The notes under the pieces: model-generated
What the model saw: the letters and a program-made list of their open reading frames with translations, nothing else
The model's database searches: none
Told to the model about the DNA's origin: nothing
Made by a program: the position numbers and the translations under genes
Shown here: one piece after another, positions 13,828-26,525 of the stretch
How positions within the stretch are numbered: position 1 is the first letter of the stretch
Layout: the number at the start of each line of letters is the position of its first letter
NCBI GenBank assembly: GCA_051294375.1
Contig: CM119268.1
Span: 4,144,404-4,208,403 of the forward strand
DNA length: 64,000 nt
Reading direction: 5' to 3'
Source: Paraspadella gotoi
Taxonomy: Eukaryota; Animalia; Chaetognatha

Positions 13828-14691
13828 CTCCTCTCTCTCTCTCTCATCTCTCTCTCTTCTCTATCTCCCTTTCTCTCTCTCTTTCTCTTTCCCCTTTAGC
13901 TCAGTCATCTTTGCTTGGAGATTTGCTTGCAGGAACCAATTAAGATAAGCAGCTGTGACGAGAAAAAATTCGCTGCTAAGATAAAAAGGGTGGAATTGAG
14001 TTGTCGTCGTCGTCGGTGTTGTTGTTGTTGTTGTTTGAAAGATGATGTATCGCACATCCGCCTTTTCTCCGATGCAAATTTCTTTTTATCTAAATTGCAA
14101 AAGAGAGAAAGCGGAGTCAAATCAAAATCACACTACAATAATTTATTCTTTTTTTTTTTATTTTAGGTTTAAGGATATTATTTTTTTAACACTTTTTGTA
14201 GTTTTTAAATAATCGACTTAATTTTGAGTTCCAACAGGAAACATTGAAATATATCCAATATTGTCCAATGATCATCCCTGGATGCAGCAACTGGTCCGTT
14301 ATGTCTCCAATCTTTCAACTTTCATCAACAAAGATTTCGCTTCTTCTTTTTCATTTAAGAAGTTGATCGGATTTGAAATGAGGCGATTTTTTTCTGCTTT
14401 ACTCATAGGATATGTCATTTAGAAATTTACGTACATTAACATATCTTTTTCACTCGTAGCTTATTTTCTTAGCAAATCTTTTCCCCTTCAGTTTGGTTCA
14501 TGAAAGTTTTCGTGATATATTGTTAAAACCTCTTTGTAACTAACGTAGTAGTTTTTTTCTATTTTAACGCTTTTAACGATTTTCTTAAATTACTAACAAA
14601 TTTAAAATTTTAGTTAGCAGTTTAGTTTAAAAAAAAAACAACCGTTTTTACGACATTTTCTCCAAAAAAAGAGAAAAAAAAACCCAATAAA

Positions 14692-14872
14692 CCAATCACG
14701 TGATTATAACGACCTCCGCCAATCACGTGATCAACCTCACGATCACGAGATTTAATTGCCGTTCGAGTAATTATGACGCAATAATTATGAATCAGGTTTT
14801 TTCGTTGGATTAGATGATGTCGGATTAGATATAATAAGGTGATCACATTATCACGGAGCGAATCACGTGACC
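14692..14872. promoter_or_regulatory. Cluster of CCAAT-fused E-boxes (AATCACGTGA x3)
   Basis: CCAATCACGTGA at 14692 and 14719, GAATCACGTGAC at 14860, plus ATCACGAG variants. Function is inferred. Confidence 0.35.
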
Positions 14873-14932
14873 AAAGGAAACGAGGATAATGAAGCTTCGA
14901 CGCAAAGAGGATTAGGACTAAAACAAAATGTC

Positions 14933-14972
<40 letters not shown>

Positions 14973-16275
14973 GAGAGAGAGAGGAGAGAGAGAGAGAGAG
15001 AATGGAGGGAGAGAGAGAAGAGAGAGAAGAGAGAGAAGAGGAGAGAGAGAGAGAGAGAGAGAGGCGAGAGAGAGAGAAGTGGGAGAAGTCAGAGGAGAGA
15101 GTGTCAATGTCCGTTTAGAACGAAATGCAATTTGCTTAGGCGCGCGTTAAAAGTTTTTTGGTAACACGAGAAAATATCAGAGAAAATGATGAACTGCAAA
15201 TTAAAGAGATGAAGTAAAGAAAATAGAAAATAATTTTTTTTTATATTAGAAAGAAGGAAAAGAAAGGAAAGGAAAGGAAAAGAAAAGNNNNNNNNNNNNN
15301 NNNNNNNNNNNNNNNNNNNNNNNNNNNNNNNNNNNNNNNNNNNNNNNNNNNNNNNNNNNNNNNNNNNNNNNNNNNNNNNNNNNNNNNNNNNNNNNNNNNN
15401 NNNNNNNNNNNNNNNNNNNNNNNNNNNNNNNNNNNNNNNNNNNNNNNNNNNNNNNNNNNNNNNNNNNNNNNNNNNNNNNNNNNNNNNNNNNNNNNNNNNN
15501 NNNNNNNNATGCATCCACGCATCGAAAATGTCGAGAGACGAGGGAGAATGAGCGACGACGACGACCACAACGACAAAGACAACAACGACAACAGAAAGGA
15601 CGACGACAAAGACGACGACGACGACAAAAACGACAACAGCAACGACGACAAAGACGACNNNNNNNNNNNNNNNNNNNNNNNNNNNNNNNNNNNNNNNNNN
15701 NNNNNNNNNNNNNNNNNNNNNNNNNNNNNNNNNNNNNNNNNNNNNNNNNNNNNNNNNNNNNNNNNNNNNNNNNNNNNNNNNNNNNNNNNNNNNNNNNNNN
15801 NNNNNNNNNNNNNNNNNNNNNNNNNNNNNNNNNNNNNNNNNNNNNNNNNNNNNNNNNNNNNNNNNNNNNNNNNNNNNNNNNNNNNNNNNNNNNNNNNNNN
15901 GCGGCGGCGGCGGCGGCGGGAGGGTGAGGCTTGGTGTTTTTGTTTTTCTCTCTTTGACTATATATGTTTGACTGTACTCTATGTGAAGTCATTTTTGGGT
16001 TTAAATGTTATTTATGTCTTTCTTACACTCTCTTGTTTATTTCTCTGTCTCTCTTTGTCTGTCTGTCTCTCTCTCTCTCTCTATGTTTCTTTCTCTCTCT
16101 CTCTTTATNNNNNNNNNNNNNNNNNNNNNNNNNNNNNNNNNNNNNNNNNNNNNNNNNNNNNNNNNNNNNNNNNNNNNNNNNNNNNNNNNNNNNNNNNNNN
16201 NNNNNNNNNNNNNNNNNNNNNNNNNNNNNNNNNNNNNNNNNNNNNNNNNNNNNNNNNNNNNNNNNNNNNNNNNNN

Positions 16276-16310
<35 letters not shown>

Positions 16311-17498
16311 AATTAATAAACAAACTAACTCATATAAAAAAAAATCTTATAACGGCCCAAGGCGAGGTCGTTAAAAACGAGACGCCTCCCTCGTTAAATC
16401 CGATTCGCATTTATCGCTTTTTCCGCCGTCCGCTTTTTAAAGACGGATAAAAAAAAAACACAATGTGGCGTAAATAATTATAGATGCCTTTATAATATTT
16501 TTTCTCCTTCTCTTTCGTTGAAAGGACAACGAGGAGAGAAAAGGACAAGGGAGGACGACGACAACGACGACGACAACGACAACGACGACGACGACGACGA
16601 CGACGCCACCATTTATTTTATTTTATTTTCGCCGCGTGGCTGATTTCGATGACAGCGACGCCGACGACAAGAGGGGAAAACAACAACAGAAGGACAACAA
16701 CAACAACGACCGGACGATAACAAACGCATTTTAAAATTTTTATCTTAATATTCTTAATTTAAATAAATATAATGGCTTTCAGTAGGGGGAGACTAACTCA
16801 ATAAGGTGGTTAAGAAATTGAATTAAGCACCTACTCAAACGAAAATTTAGACATTTAAAAAAAATTGAATAGACAAATTTTTTTTATATAACTCCATACT
16901 CCATATATTAATTTTTTAATATTTATTTATAAATAGGAAAGGCTAAAAATTTTTTGGGATTTTTTGATTTTTAAGATCAGATTCAGGTAGGTACAAGTAT
17001 AATTCTTTTTNNNNNNNNNNCTTAATATTCTTAATTCAAATAAATATAATGGCTTTGAGCAATCGTATTGATAACTATAATTTCTGTTATTCCTTTCCTT
17101 TTCCATTTTTTATATCATTTTCCTCCTTTCCACTTCCTTTGCTCCCTCTCTCTCTCTCCCCCTATCTTTTCTCCCAACGTTTCTTTCCCTTTTGTTTTTC
17201 CCTCGAAAAATCCGGTCGGTCGTCGACGGATTTTTAATGCGTCCTGATTTTGACAACATCGCGAAAGAAACGATGAAAAACGAGGCGAAGGGGGAAGAGT
17301 GGACGCATCGATCAGAATCGAGAGATAAGGAAAACAACGACAANNNNNNNNNNNNNNNNNNNNNNNNNNNNNNNNNNNNNNNNNNNNNNNNNNNNNNNNN
17401 NNNNNNNNNNNNNNNNNNNNNNNNNNNNNNNNNNNNNNNNNNNNNNNNNNNNNNNNNNNNNNNNNNNNNNNNNNNNNNNNNNNNNNNNNNNNNNNNNN

Positions 17499-17536
<38 letters not shown>

Positions 17537-18284
17537 AATAAATTAAAAAAGGAGAAAGAGAGAAAAGATCAAATGTCGTCTTGACTGTCAAACGAGAGGC
17601 AGACAAGAGGCAGAAAATACTCGGGTCAAGTCGAAGCAGAAAAAAAAAGGGTCACAGTGGAAAATAAGGATGTCTTATTGTAAAAAAAAAATACAGTTAT
17701 AAATATAAAGAANNNNNNNNNNNNNNNNNNNNNNNNNNNNNNNNNNNNNNNNNNNNNATGTCTTATTGTAAAAAAAAAAATACAGTTATAAATATAAAGA
17801 AATGATCTAAACATTTACCAAGTTGCAAATAAATACTTATCATTTAAACAATCTTCAATCTTTGGCTTTCACTCTTATATCATCAAGATTAACCGAGTCA
17901 GTCGCTAATCGTTGGGGCGACATGTGTGGTACAGAGGAGCGACCGGTGCTACGCGGTGGTGCGACAGATGCTGCTCGGTAGCGCGACAGGTGCTACGCGG
18001 TGGCGACGGCGCCGTCAGATGCCTTCGACAGGTGACACTTTCAGTTCGCTCGTCAGAAACGAAGGAAGAAAGAGGAAAGCGGGGGCGGGGAAGCTGGGGT
18101 AGCTGGGGTTGCTAGATTTATGGGGTTGTGACAATGTGTGGCTGGGGTGGCTGGGGTGGATAGATTGATGGGGTAGTAACTGTGGTGTGGGTGTGCTGGG
18201 GTGCTTGGGGTTAACAGGTTTGCTGGAGTGGATGATGGAGACGTCGACCGACTTCGTTACTGGTTTCCTTTGGTTCTCTAATAC

Positions 18285-18344
<60 letters not shown>

Positions 18345-18651
18345 TTGAAACCGGATTAATTTCCATGATTGCCACCAGGGCGACCAAGGATCGCAAGGAG
18401 GGGGGGATTGTTGAACGTGGAAAGAAAAGACGACGACGAAAACGACGACGACGAAGACGATGAAGAAGACGAAGACCAAAAAGACGACGAAGACGAGGAA
18501 GCAGACGATGATGATGACGATGAAGAAGAAAAAGAGGATGCCGATGTCGGGGTTAGAAATAATCCTATGATGATAATCCGACGTCGTCTTTTATTTCCAT
18601 CTCCTCCTGGCGGAATAATATTGCGCTGACGAAGAAACATACAAAATAGTA

Positions 18652-18840
18652 AATACAATACGATACAATACAATACAAAACAATACAATACGATACAATA
18701 CAAAACAATACAATACAATACGATACAATACGATACGATACGATACGATACAATACAATACGATACAATACGATACGATACGATACGATACGATACGATA
18801 CGATACAATACAATACAATACAATACAATACAATACAATA
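18652..18840 (+). repeat. Compound pentanucleotide microsatellite (ATACA/ATACG)n
   Basis: Directly visible. A perfect (GAC)n tract lies nearby at 18287-18343. Confidence 0.95.
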
Positions 18841-19188
18841 TAGCTTATAGCTTCGACTGTTGCTAAGTCGACTTCTTTCTAATCTCGCAACTTTTTAACG
18901 ACTCCAATGCAACAGCAAACTTGACGACTCATAGCTAGACGATCACATTCCTCTTCGTCATGATTTTCATTTTTCGTCACATTCACACTTGTCACCATGG
19001 AAACGACCGAAACCACGACTCTCCTCACTTGGCTCAAGTCTTGAGCAACAACACACATTCGTTTTAACGTCAACTAAAAAAAACAAATGTAAACAATTGG
19101 ACGGATTATTTTTTTCTCTCTTTCTCTCTCTCCTCTCTCTCTTCCGTCTCCTCTTCTCTCTCTCTCTCTCTTCTCTCTCTCTTCCTCA

Positions 19189-19239
<51 letters not shown>

Positions 19240-20907
19240 GTCTCTCTCTCTCTCTCTGTTTGTCAGGGAAATAATGAGAATTAAAAAAAATAAAAACTGG
19301 AACATCAATAAAATCGTCGAAATTAGGAGAGAAACCAGAAAGAGGGGCAGAGAAAAAGATAGATAGATAGACGGACAGAGAGAAAGAGATTCACCGGTGA
19401 GGAAGGAACTGTGAACTATGAAAGGAAAGAATTGTGAACTATGAAAGGAAAGAACTGTGAACTGTGAAAGGAAAAAAAAACGCCCTTGGAAGAGCAAGAT
19501 CTCGAATTTTTCACGATTCTCTCTCTCTTTCCTATGTTCTCCTTCCGAAGTTTCTATGAGTGTTCTCCGTTCTCCTTCTGTATCTATTTTTTTTTGTTTA
19601 TGATTTCAACTTATTATTTTTTTTTCCTTTCAGTTTTTATCTCATTTCTTTTTTTTTATTTCTTTTTTATCGTTTATCTTTTTTTTATTTTCTACAGTGT
19701 AGTACGTATTTCTATTTTTCCTTTTTGTTTTTATTTCCTTTTTCTAGATTTTACTTTTCGTTTTATCTTTTCTCTGGTTCTTCCGACGAAAATGATTGCT
19801 GACCAGAAAATCGGAATTCCTCCGGCGAAACCCAAAAAAATGATGAAGGAAAAAAAAGGAGGAAGGGGAAAAAAGAGGAAAAGGAAAAAAGGAGGAAGGA
19901 AAAAAAGAAAAGAAGGGGGTAAAAAGCGAGGAGTGGGAAAAAAGGAGGAAGGAAAAAAGAAAGAGTGGAAAAAAGGGGAAGGGGAAAAAAGAAGGAAGGG
20001 GTAAAAAGGAGGAAGGGGAAAAAAAGAGAAAGGAAAAAAGAAGGAAGAGGAAAAAATAAGGAAGGGGAAAAAAGGAGGAAGAGGAAAAAAGGAGGAAGGG
20101 GGAAAATGTGGAAGGAAGAAAAAGAATTAAAGATACAGCGAATAGAAAAAAAGTCGAAATAAAAGAACTGGAGTGAAAAAATAATGTTAAAAAATGGTAG
20201 AATAGTAGAGAAAAATGTAAAAAAAATAAAGTAAATTCTGAATCACAAATTTCAAAAGTAGTAGGTCTATGTACCAATAAGGTACGACCACAATTCCTTA
20301 AACTTTTCTAAGGACGTGAGGGAATTGGAAAATGGAATCAAAAACAAATCCTGACTGTTTTATGGCTCGATGCCAGGGTTAGAGAGAGAGAGAGAAAGAG
20401 AGAGAGGTTTAAGATAAGATGCGCCATCTTTCGGGACGGAAGGTACAGCGAGAGACTGGGAAAAACCGTTATTTCACAGCTTAAGACCTTAAAAAGAAGA
20501 GCCAGCAACCATAAAAGCAAATGACGAATAAATAAATAAATACAATAAAAAAAAATTAGAATCGGACTTTTAAAAACAAAAGGGCAATATGCGGAGGAAG
20601 AGACTCTTTTCTCGGAAATGAATGATGGAACTGGACGTTTGGAAACGCTGAACGGCACCTGAGAGAAAAGGGAAGGAAGTCGAGCTGTGACGGTTCTGTG
20701 GTTTAGTTGTGGTTTAGTTGTGGATAAGGGGTGTTTACTGTTTAGTGGGGAACAAGTTGTGGTCAATCCGGGGAGGGTGTGGATAATGCAATGAGTGAGC
20801 TGAAGGAAACTCAAGGAAACTTCTTTAGCTCCTTCGCCAAGCAATGGAAAGCGTTTTTGGTCTCGAAACCGGGCGTGGGGGTTTTTCACGCCCCCATGGC
20901 GGTTTTG

Positions 20908-20951
<44 letters not shown>

Positions 20952-21303
20952 AGAGAGAGCGAGAGAGAGAGGAGAGAGAGAGAGAGAGAAGAAGAGAGAG
21001 AAAAGCGCGTGGTAGTGGGACCGGAAATGGGCGTGGCTCGATCCCTCGCCGACGGCAGTTTATTCCCGATTTCAGGGGAAAAGAAAAAAAAATAATATTG
21101 ATATTGGTCGTTGTTTCTGGTCGCTCGAGCGTGCCAGATAAAAGTGGCGAGGAGAGAGAGAGAGAAAGAGAGAGAGAGCGAAAGAAAGATATATGCCTGG
21201 TCGACTGGTAATACCGACAATAGAAAAAAAGAAGAGAAAGAAAAAAAACATGCTAACAACTCTATCTCTCACAAATTGGATATTTGTCGGTCTTTGAAAG
21301 GAA

Positions 21304-21336
<33 letters not shown>

Positions 21337-21759
21337 GAGAGGGAGAGAGAGAGACAGAGAGACAGTCTCCCATCCAGTTCTGTCTTTAGTACCAGAATAA
21401 ATCCAACCCCCATAACGACGTGGAAAGGGCATCTCCCTAACGCGAAAATAAGAGAGATTAAAATAATTATAGGCAGTCTAGCAAAACCAGAAAATAAATT
21501 TTGAGGCCGCCAGGGAACAAAAAAATAAATTGGAATCTATCTGAATTGGAACTGCCAACTTGAATAAATGTTTGAGGCGCCAGGGGACAAAAAAGAAATG
21601 GAACTCTGAATTGGCCACTGCACTTTAATTCAGCTCCTTAGTATTTTGATGCTAGTGCGGATACAATAAGTATTTCCCGATCTAATATTTAAGGGGTGGT
21701 CCCTTTTCAATACAATTGAAACATTCTTTGAAATATTTCCACTTCATTGATTAGGGAAG

Positions 21760-21945
21760 CCGTACTCTGGAGTGAATAAACGAGACTGTGAGAGAGACTG
21801 ATTGAAAGCTTGAGGACCTGCTATGTCAATTATCTTGTAAGAGTGATGGAGGCCTTAACCACCAAAGCCTGTCCAAAAGTCAGGGGCAAGATAGCGTATT
21901 TATTAATGAATGGATAATTTTTAATATTGGTTGTACCAATTTCAT
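21760..21945 (+). repeat. Dispersed repeat; second copy at 47842-47900 plus 48287-48412
   Basis: Shared blocks GTACTCTGG..AATAAA..GATTGAAAGCTTG and CTTGTAAGAxTGATGxAGGCCT..AAAGTCAGGG..GTTGTAxCAATTTCATA. Confidence 0.65.
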
Positions 21946-23215
21946 ATATAATGAATATATATAAATATTACAGTTAATAGAGAAATCAAAGTTTTAGGCA
22001 AAGCGTAACTATCACGTCATGATCTTTGAAAGAATGGTCGAAGAGAAAGAATGATCGTGGCGGGTGAAAGTATTCTATAAATGGAACCAGGAAGATGTTT
22101 GGCATATACATACCGATCCCTGGTAACATTTCGAAAACCGGACATTCCATTAAATTATACCGATTGAATGAAACATATATTGTTTTAATAGTGTTACTTA
22201 TTATTCATGATTACCTTTTAGCATTGCTTATTGCTATTTGTGCTTTCGATTTTATACTTTATTCATTACGTACCTTTGCGTTTTGCAAAACCGTGGGAAA
22301 AATAACCGCCAGAAAAAGTGTGAAATTTTTTGTGAATTTTGAGCCCGTAAAGAAATGGATCGAAAATCTCTGGCGTTTAAGTAGTACACAAGAAATAAAC
22401 CTATTTTCCCCTGACATATAAACGACCCGGTGAATAAGATCGATTTCACCATATTTGTTTCATATTTAACTCGTTTTTTGTTTTTTAACACCTTTACAAT
22501 ACATGGGTGTCCAGAACAGAATTACGAGACACTTGTCTCATAAAACTATATTTACGAGCTGTATACTTTCACTTAAGATGTTACAATTTACGCAATCTTG
22601 GTAACAGATCGAATACACCTCCACTCTTCAAGTGCAAAAGATCCCTTCGCCCATTTTTTTTCCTTGGGGGGGAGTGTAGCGACATGATTAATGAATGGTA
22701 CGAAGAAAAGAATGATCGTGGGGGTGAAAGTATTCTATAAATAGAACCAGGGAAGTTGTTTGCTGTTTCCCACCCCTTGAGCGAGCCCGGCTTCGGGATT
22801 TTAAAAATCCCAGTGAAATCAAGAAGCCGGTAATTGCGCAAACAACTCCAGGGTGATCTAAATAAAAGTATAAAAAGGGAAAACCTAGAGAGAGAGAGAG
22901 GCAGATTCCTCTCCACACAAAACTTTGTAAAAATTGATGTAAATAAAATTGTGTGAAAATAAAAATACAAACCTTTACGCATCTTGTTCTATTCAAATTT
23001 GGGACAGCCTCAGTCAGAGTATTGTAGCCAAGGGATGCTACATAACGCAAACTCCGTGAATGGAAAAGAAGCACGTCCTCGTCTTTGTTTCTTTCCTTCC
23101 TTTCCTTTTATACGCTTCCTCCCTCTTTGTCTCACATTTACTCCGTTCCCTCCCTTTATTCCTCTTTTCTTAATCGTATGGCAAACGTCTCGGGCTAGAG
23201 GAAAGATAATAATTC

Positions 23216-23270
<55 letters not shown>

Positions 23271-24195
23271 TAGCCGCTTCACCCTCCCCTCATAAACATA
23301 TCCGACAGCCGCTGTCCAGCGAGTCATAAATTTTTTTGTTTTTAATTTTTTTAGAATTCAATTCTTTTCGAAATCCTCTCGATGTCGGATTTCGATTCAG
23401 TTTTAACCTTTTCGTTATTGAAATCTGAAACCCTCGTTTTTTTTCAACAGCTGCGTCGAGGGCCCCGCATCGCTTCAACGATGCCGGTCTGGCGCTGGAC
23501 AGCGTATTAAAAGGGGAGCGGGGGAACCCGAATTCTTCTCACTCGGCTTCCCCATTCCTCATCCGTTTACCCTTTTTCCCCTCTCGCCTCACAAATGCGC
23601 CTCTTTTTCGTTGCGGTAAGTCCTACCCAAAGGGAAGGGAATCGGCCAAAGTCCAACGGTGAGGTGACACTAATTACAGTAATTAACAGTTCAATTAAAC
23701 AATTGAACAACATGCATAGAGGAATCCGATAGGTAAATTCACAGTAACCTCATAATGAGATTACATTTATTACTTATTATACTCCCTGTGGATTGCAATG
23801 ACACTCAAAACAAAACTTAAAACTCCTTTTCCTCTCATTCTTCGAAAGTAAAAAGAGTCTTTTTTCGTCTAAAACTGAATACTCACATAGTTAGCTCCTC
23901 GGAAGAAAAAAAGTAGATAGTGAAGCGGCTAGAGAGAGAGAGAGGTGATTGGTTCTTGCTGCTACAGTAATGATGGGTTTTCTCGAGATGCTACAAGATA
24001 TTGAGACCCATTCTGGCCATGTCAAAAAATAACCGAGATTAAACCTATCGAAGAAAGCTATTTTAAATAACTAGTTTACCTAGAATTGATTCGGGCGCAA
24101 TGGGGTTTTTCGTTTCCGCGCGTCTTAAGGAACGGCGCCCTTTGAATAATCGCGTCGGACGACGAATAAGAACCGACAGTCGACAACAACTGAAA

Positions 24196-24382
24196 CTAAG
24201 CGAAGAATGAGGCTTCAGTCTGGGTTGGCGGTTCTTGGCGTCCTTGGCGGCCTTGCTCCAAAGCTCGACAGGCCGGATTAGGTGCTTTTTTGGAGTCAAT
24301 GACGACTTTATTCTCAGCGACAAGATGATTGGCGACAGCGCAGAAGTATGGGCCATTGTTGGTTTTTGGTAGTAATTGAAAT
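24196..24382 (-). CDS. Ig-domain exon of a second IgSF-like gene (gene B)
   Basis: Acceptor cactacag|; the phase-2 frame (not in the ORF track) reads FQLLPKTNNGPYFCAVANHLV...APNPAC...FFA*. G-x-Y-x-C-x-V-x-N is the canonical Ig F strand; APNPAC resembles APLPSC in gene A. Confidence 0.6.
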
Positions 24383-24512
24383 CTGTAGTGTATTATTTAA
24401 CTTTATTTTGAATATTATCTAGCGGTAGAGTAGGGAGCTTAAGGTTTTCAAAAAACGCTTCTATTCTGTTTTAAAAAGTGGAATGAAAGCATAAATTTGG
24501 TTTGTTTGTTAC

Positions 24513-24715
24513 GCTCTATATATGATCTCGCGCAACCCCATGTAACCCATAACAAAGGACCCTTATTTTTGGGACCAACTTTCCGGAGACCGGACTGTGC
24601 TTCCGTCGAGTTTGGTGCGCCATTCAATGTCGCGAAGGCAGACTTGTGTGTCAAGGGAACGTTTTCATAACACTCAGTGGCGAGAACGATCATTATGCAA
24701 GAAGTAAGTCGCTTC
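24513..24715 (-). CDS. Possible Ig B/C-strand exon of gene B (frameshifted as assembled)
   Basis: Acceptor ttttttaag|. Pieces in different frames read GSDLLLA.., ECYENVP.., LRDIEWRTKLDGS (I-x-W C strand). Needs indel correction. Confidence 0.35.
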
Positions 24716-25953
24716 CTTAAAAAATTTTTGAGTGACAAAGTTTAGTTATACATCACGACAACATAACTTGAGAGTTAGCAATATCTGATGTCATTAATTT
24801 TTATTAAAGTTACTTATTTTTAGGAACCTAAATATATCTTTTATAATTCTATTGGCGTTGTTTTATATATAACCTTGCAGAATAACACAGGACACAAAGC
24901 CAAGTGGACAGGAAATATCCTATATTCCAATTATTCATAACTAATAAAACAAACATCTGTCCATCAAATGTGTTGCGCCAACGTTGACTACACAAGTATG
25001 AAACCAAGCACAAGTATTAACTAAAAATAACTCTAAGCCTTGGGCCATGTATTTTATGATACATACTGCATCGGAATTCTCTCTTTTTAATCTTTATAGT
25101 TCAGGATTTCCAGAAGGCGGCGCTTGCATCACTTAAATTTACAGTTTTTTTCCTGTTTTAACAAATTAGCAAACAACTCATAGGCGAGTTATTAATATTT
25201 TAAACGTAAGTGGGACAGACCAACGGACTGACATATCGACCGACCCGCCCGACAAGTTCACTCATAGAGTTGCTGCTCCGCGAATAACTCGCGATGTAAC
25301 TAAAAATTCTTTCGACTATCAGGTGCCGTCTACGGTGCGCGTCCCTCGGATTCGCTTAAAAACGTGGACGTCGTCAACTCGTACTGTCCCCCGGGGATCG
25401 AAGTCAAATACTTTATTTCAGATTGTCTTCGTCTACCGTGCGACGCAAACTTTTGGCAACACCGGTAGGTTCGTTGGGAAATTGTGGAATGAGGCTACAT
25501 TGTCCGAGTCCGCGTGTTAAAATGAAGACAAAATAGAAATCCAATTATTCAGAAATTACTTCCGAATAGATAGATAAATAATACTAAATAGAATAAGCAT
25601 GCTATTATAATTTAATAGAACTCGAGAAGAATTTATTTACACGACTTGACCAACCTATATTTAACACAAACAAAATTTTTTATTGGATCCAAATTCCTAT
25701 TTCATTTTTTAGCGCCACTTCATATTGAACGATGGTCCCAATAAATGGGGTCGTCGTTTAGTTCTAAATTTAGATCGTCTTTTTATAAATATTTTTAAAT
25801 TGTTATTGAAGCCTGGAAATTTAGATATATATTGTGGCGGTTATATTCACACCGCCTCACGTCCAACCATCCTTCAGCAACTCGCAATTGCTCAGAGGGG
25901 GAACACACCATCCCAGGCGTAGTGTTCCATCCACAGTCCTAACGACTTCCCTC

Positions 25954-26032
25954 TGCGTTGGCAAAAGCGAGACCGTCCTAAGGGTAACCGCGCCAGTGAC
26001 TGATGCGTCACTGAGTCGGAAGCCCCAAAGCC
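25954..26032 (+). ncRNA. Candidate twister ribozyme, P5-permuted type (copy 1)
   Basis: In order: P5 strand UGCGUUGG, A-rich linker CAAAA, P2' GCGA, conserved GA, T1' CCG, P1 hairpin UCC-UAA-GGG, cleavage motif U^AA, P2 CCGC, T2 GC, P3 CAGUGAC/GUCACUG, L4 UCGGAAGC, P5' CCAAAGC. T1 (CGG:CCG) and T2 (GC:GC) both pair. Confidence 0.72.
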
Positions 26033-26445
26033 AACAAGTGAGATGCCATCCCAATGGCATCACAGGCAACCCGGCCTGTTTTGCCATAAGTGTGAGCCCC
26101 TACTATCGAAACACGCACCTTTCTCAGGTACGCTACGACAAAGCGCCTATGCCCTGCCAACTTCGGGACGCTACGACAAACGCCTATGCCCCTGGGGTAC
26201 GCTACGACAAACGCCTAAATGCCCCCACAACTCGCGCTCTCTCTCTCTCTCCCACTATGGTAACAGTCTTGTCAGACACCTCTCAGGCTTTGAGGAACCT
26301 GAGTGGAGTCTTGGCCCGGGGATCCTGTGGCGGTATATTCACACCGCCTCACGTCCACCATCTTCACCAAATCCATTGGCTACAAGAGGGGGAACACGAA
26401 CCATCCCAGCGCGTAGTGTTCCATCCACAGTCCAACGCTTCCCTC

Positions 26446-26525
26446 TGCGTTGCAAAAGCGAGACGCGTCCTAAGGTAACCGCGCCCAGTGACTGGATCCT
26501 CACTGAGGTTCGGAGCCCCAAAGCA
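26446..26525 (+). ncRNA. Candidate twister ribozyme, P5-permuted type (copy 2)
   Basis: Same elements in the second repeat (GCGAGAC..UCCUAAGG UAA CCGC GC CCAGUGA..UCACUG A GG UUCGGAGC CC CAAAGCA), differing mainly by 1-nt indels and in the P3 loop. Confidence 0.62.

Noticed and set aside
18369-18629. Asp/Glu-rich ORF
   Set aside because: Explained by (GAC/GAA/GAT)n microsatellite sequence; no recognisable domain or convincing splice context.
22030-22765. ~70-bp direct repeats ~660 bp apart and a YNLRN motif suggesting a LINE 3' end
   Set aside because: Too short and degraded to assign; no RT motifs visible.
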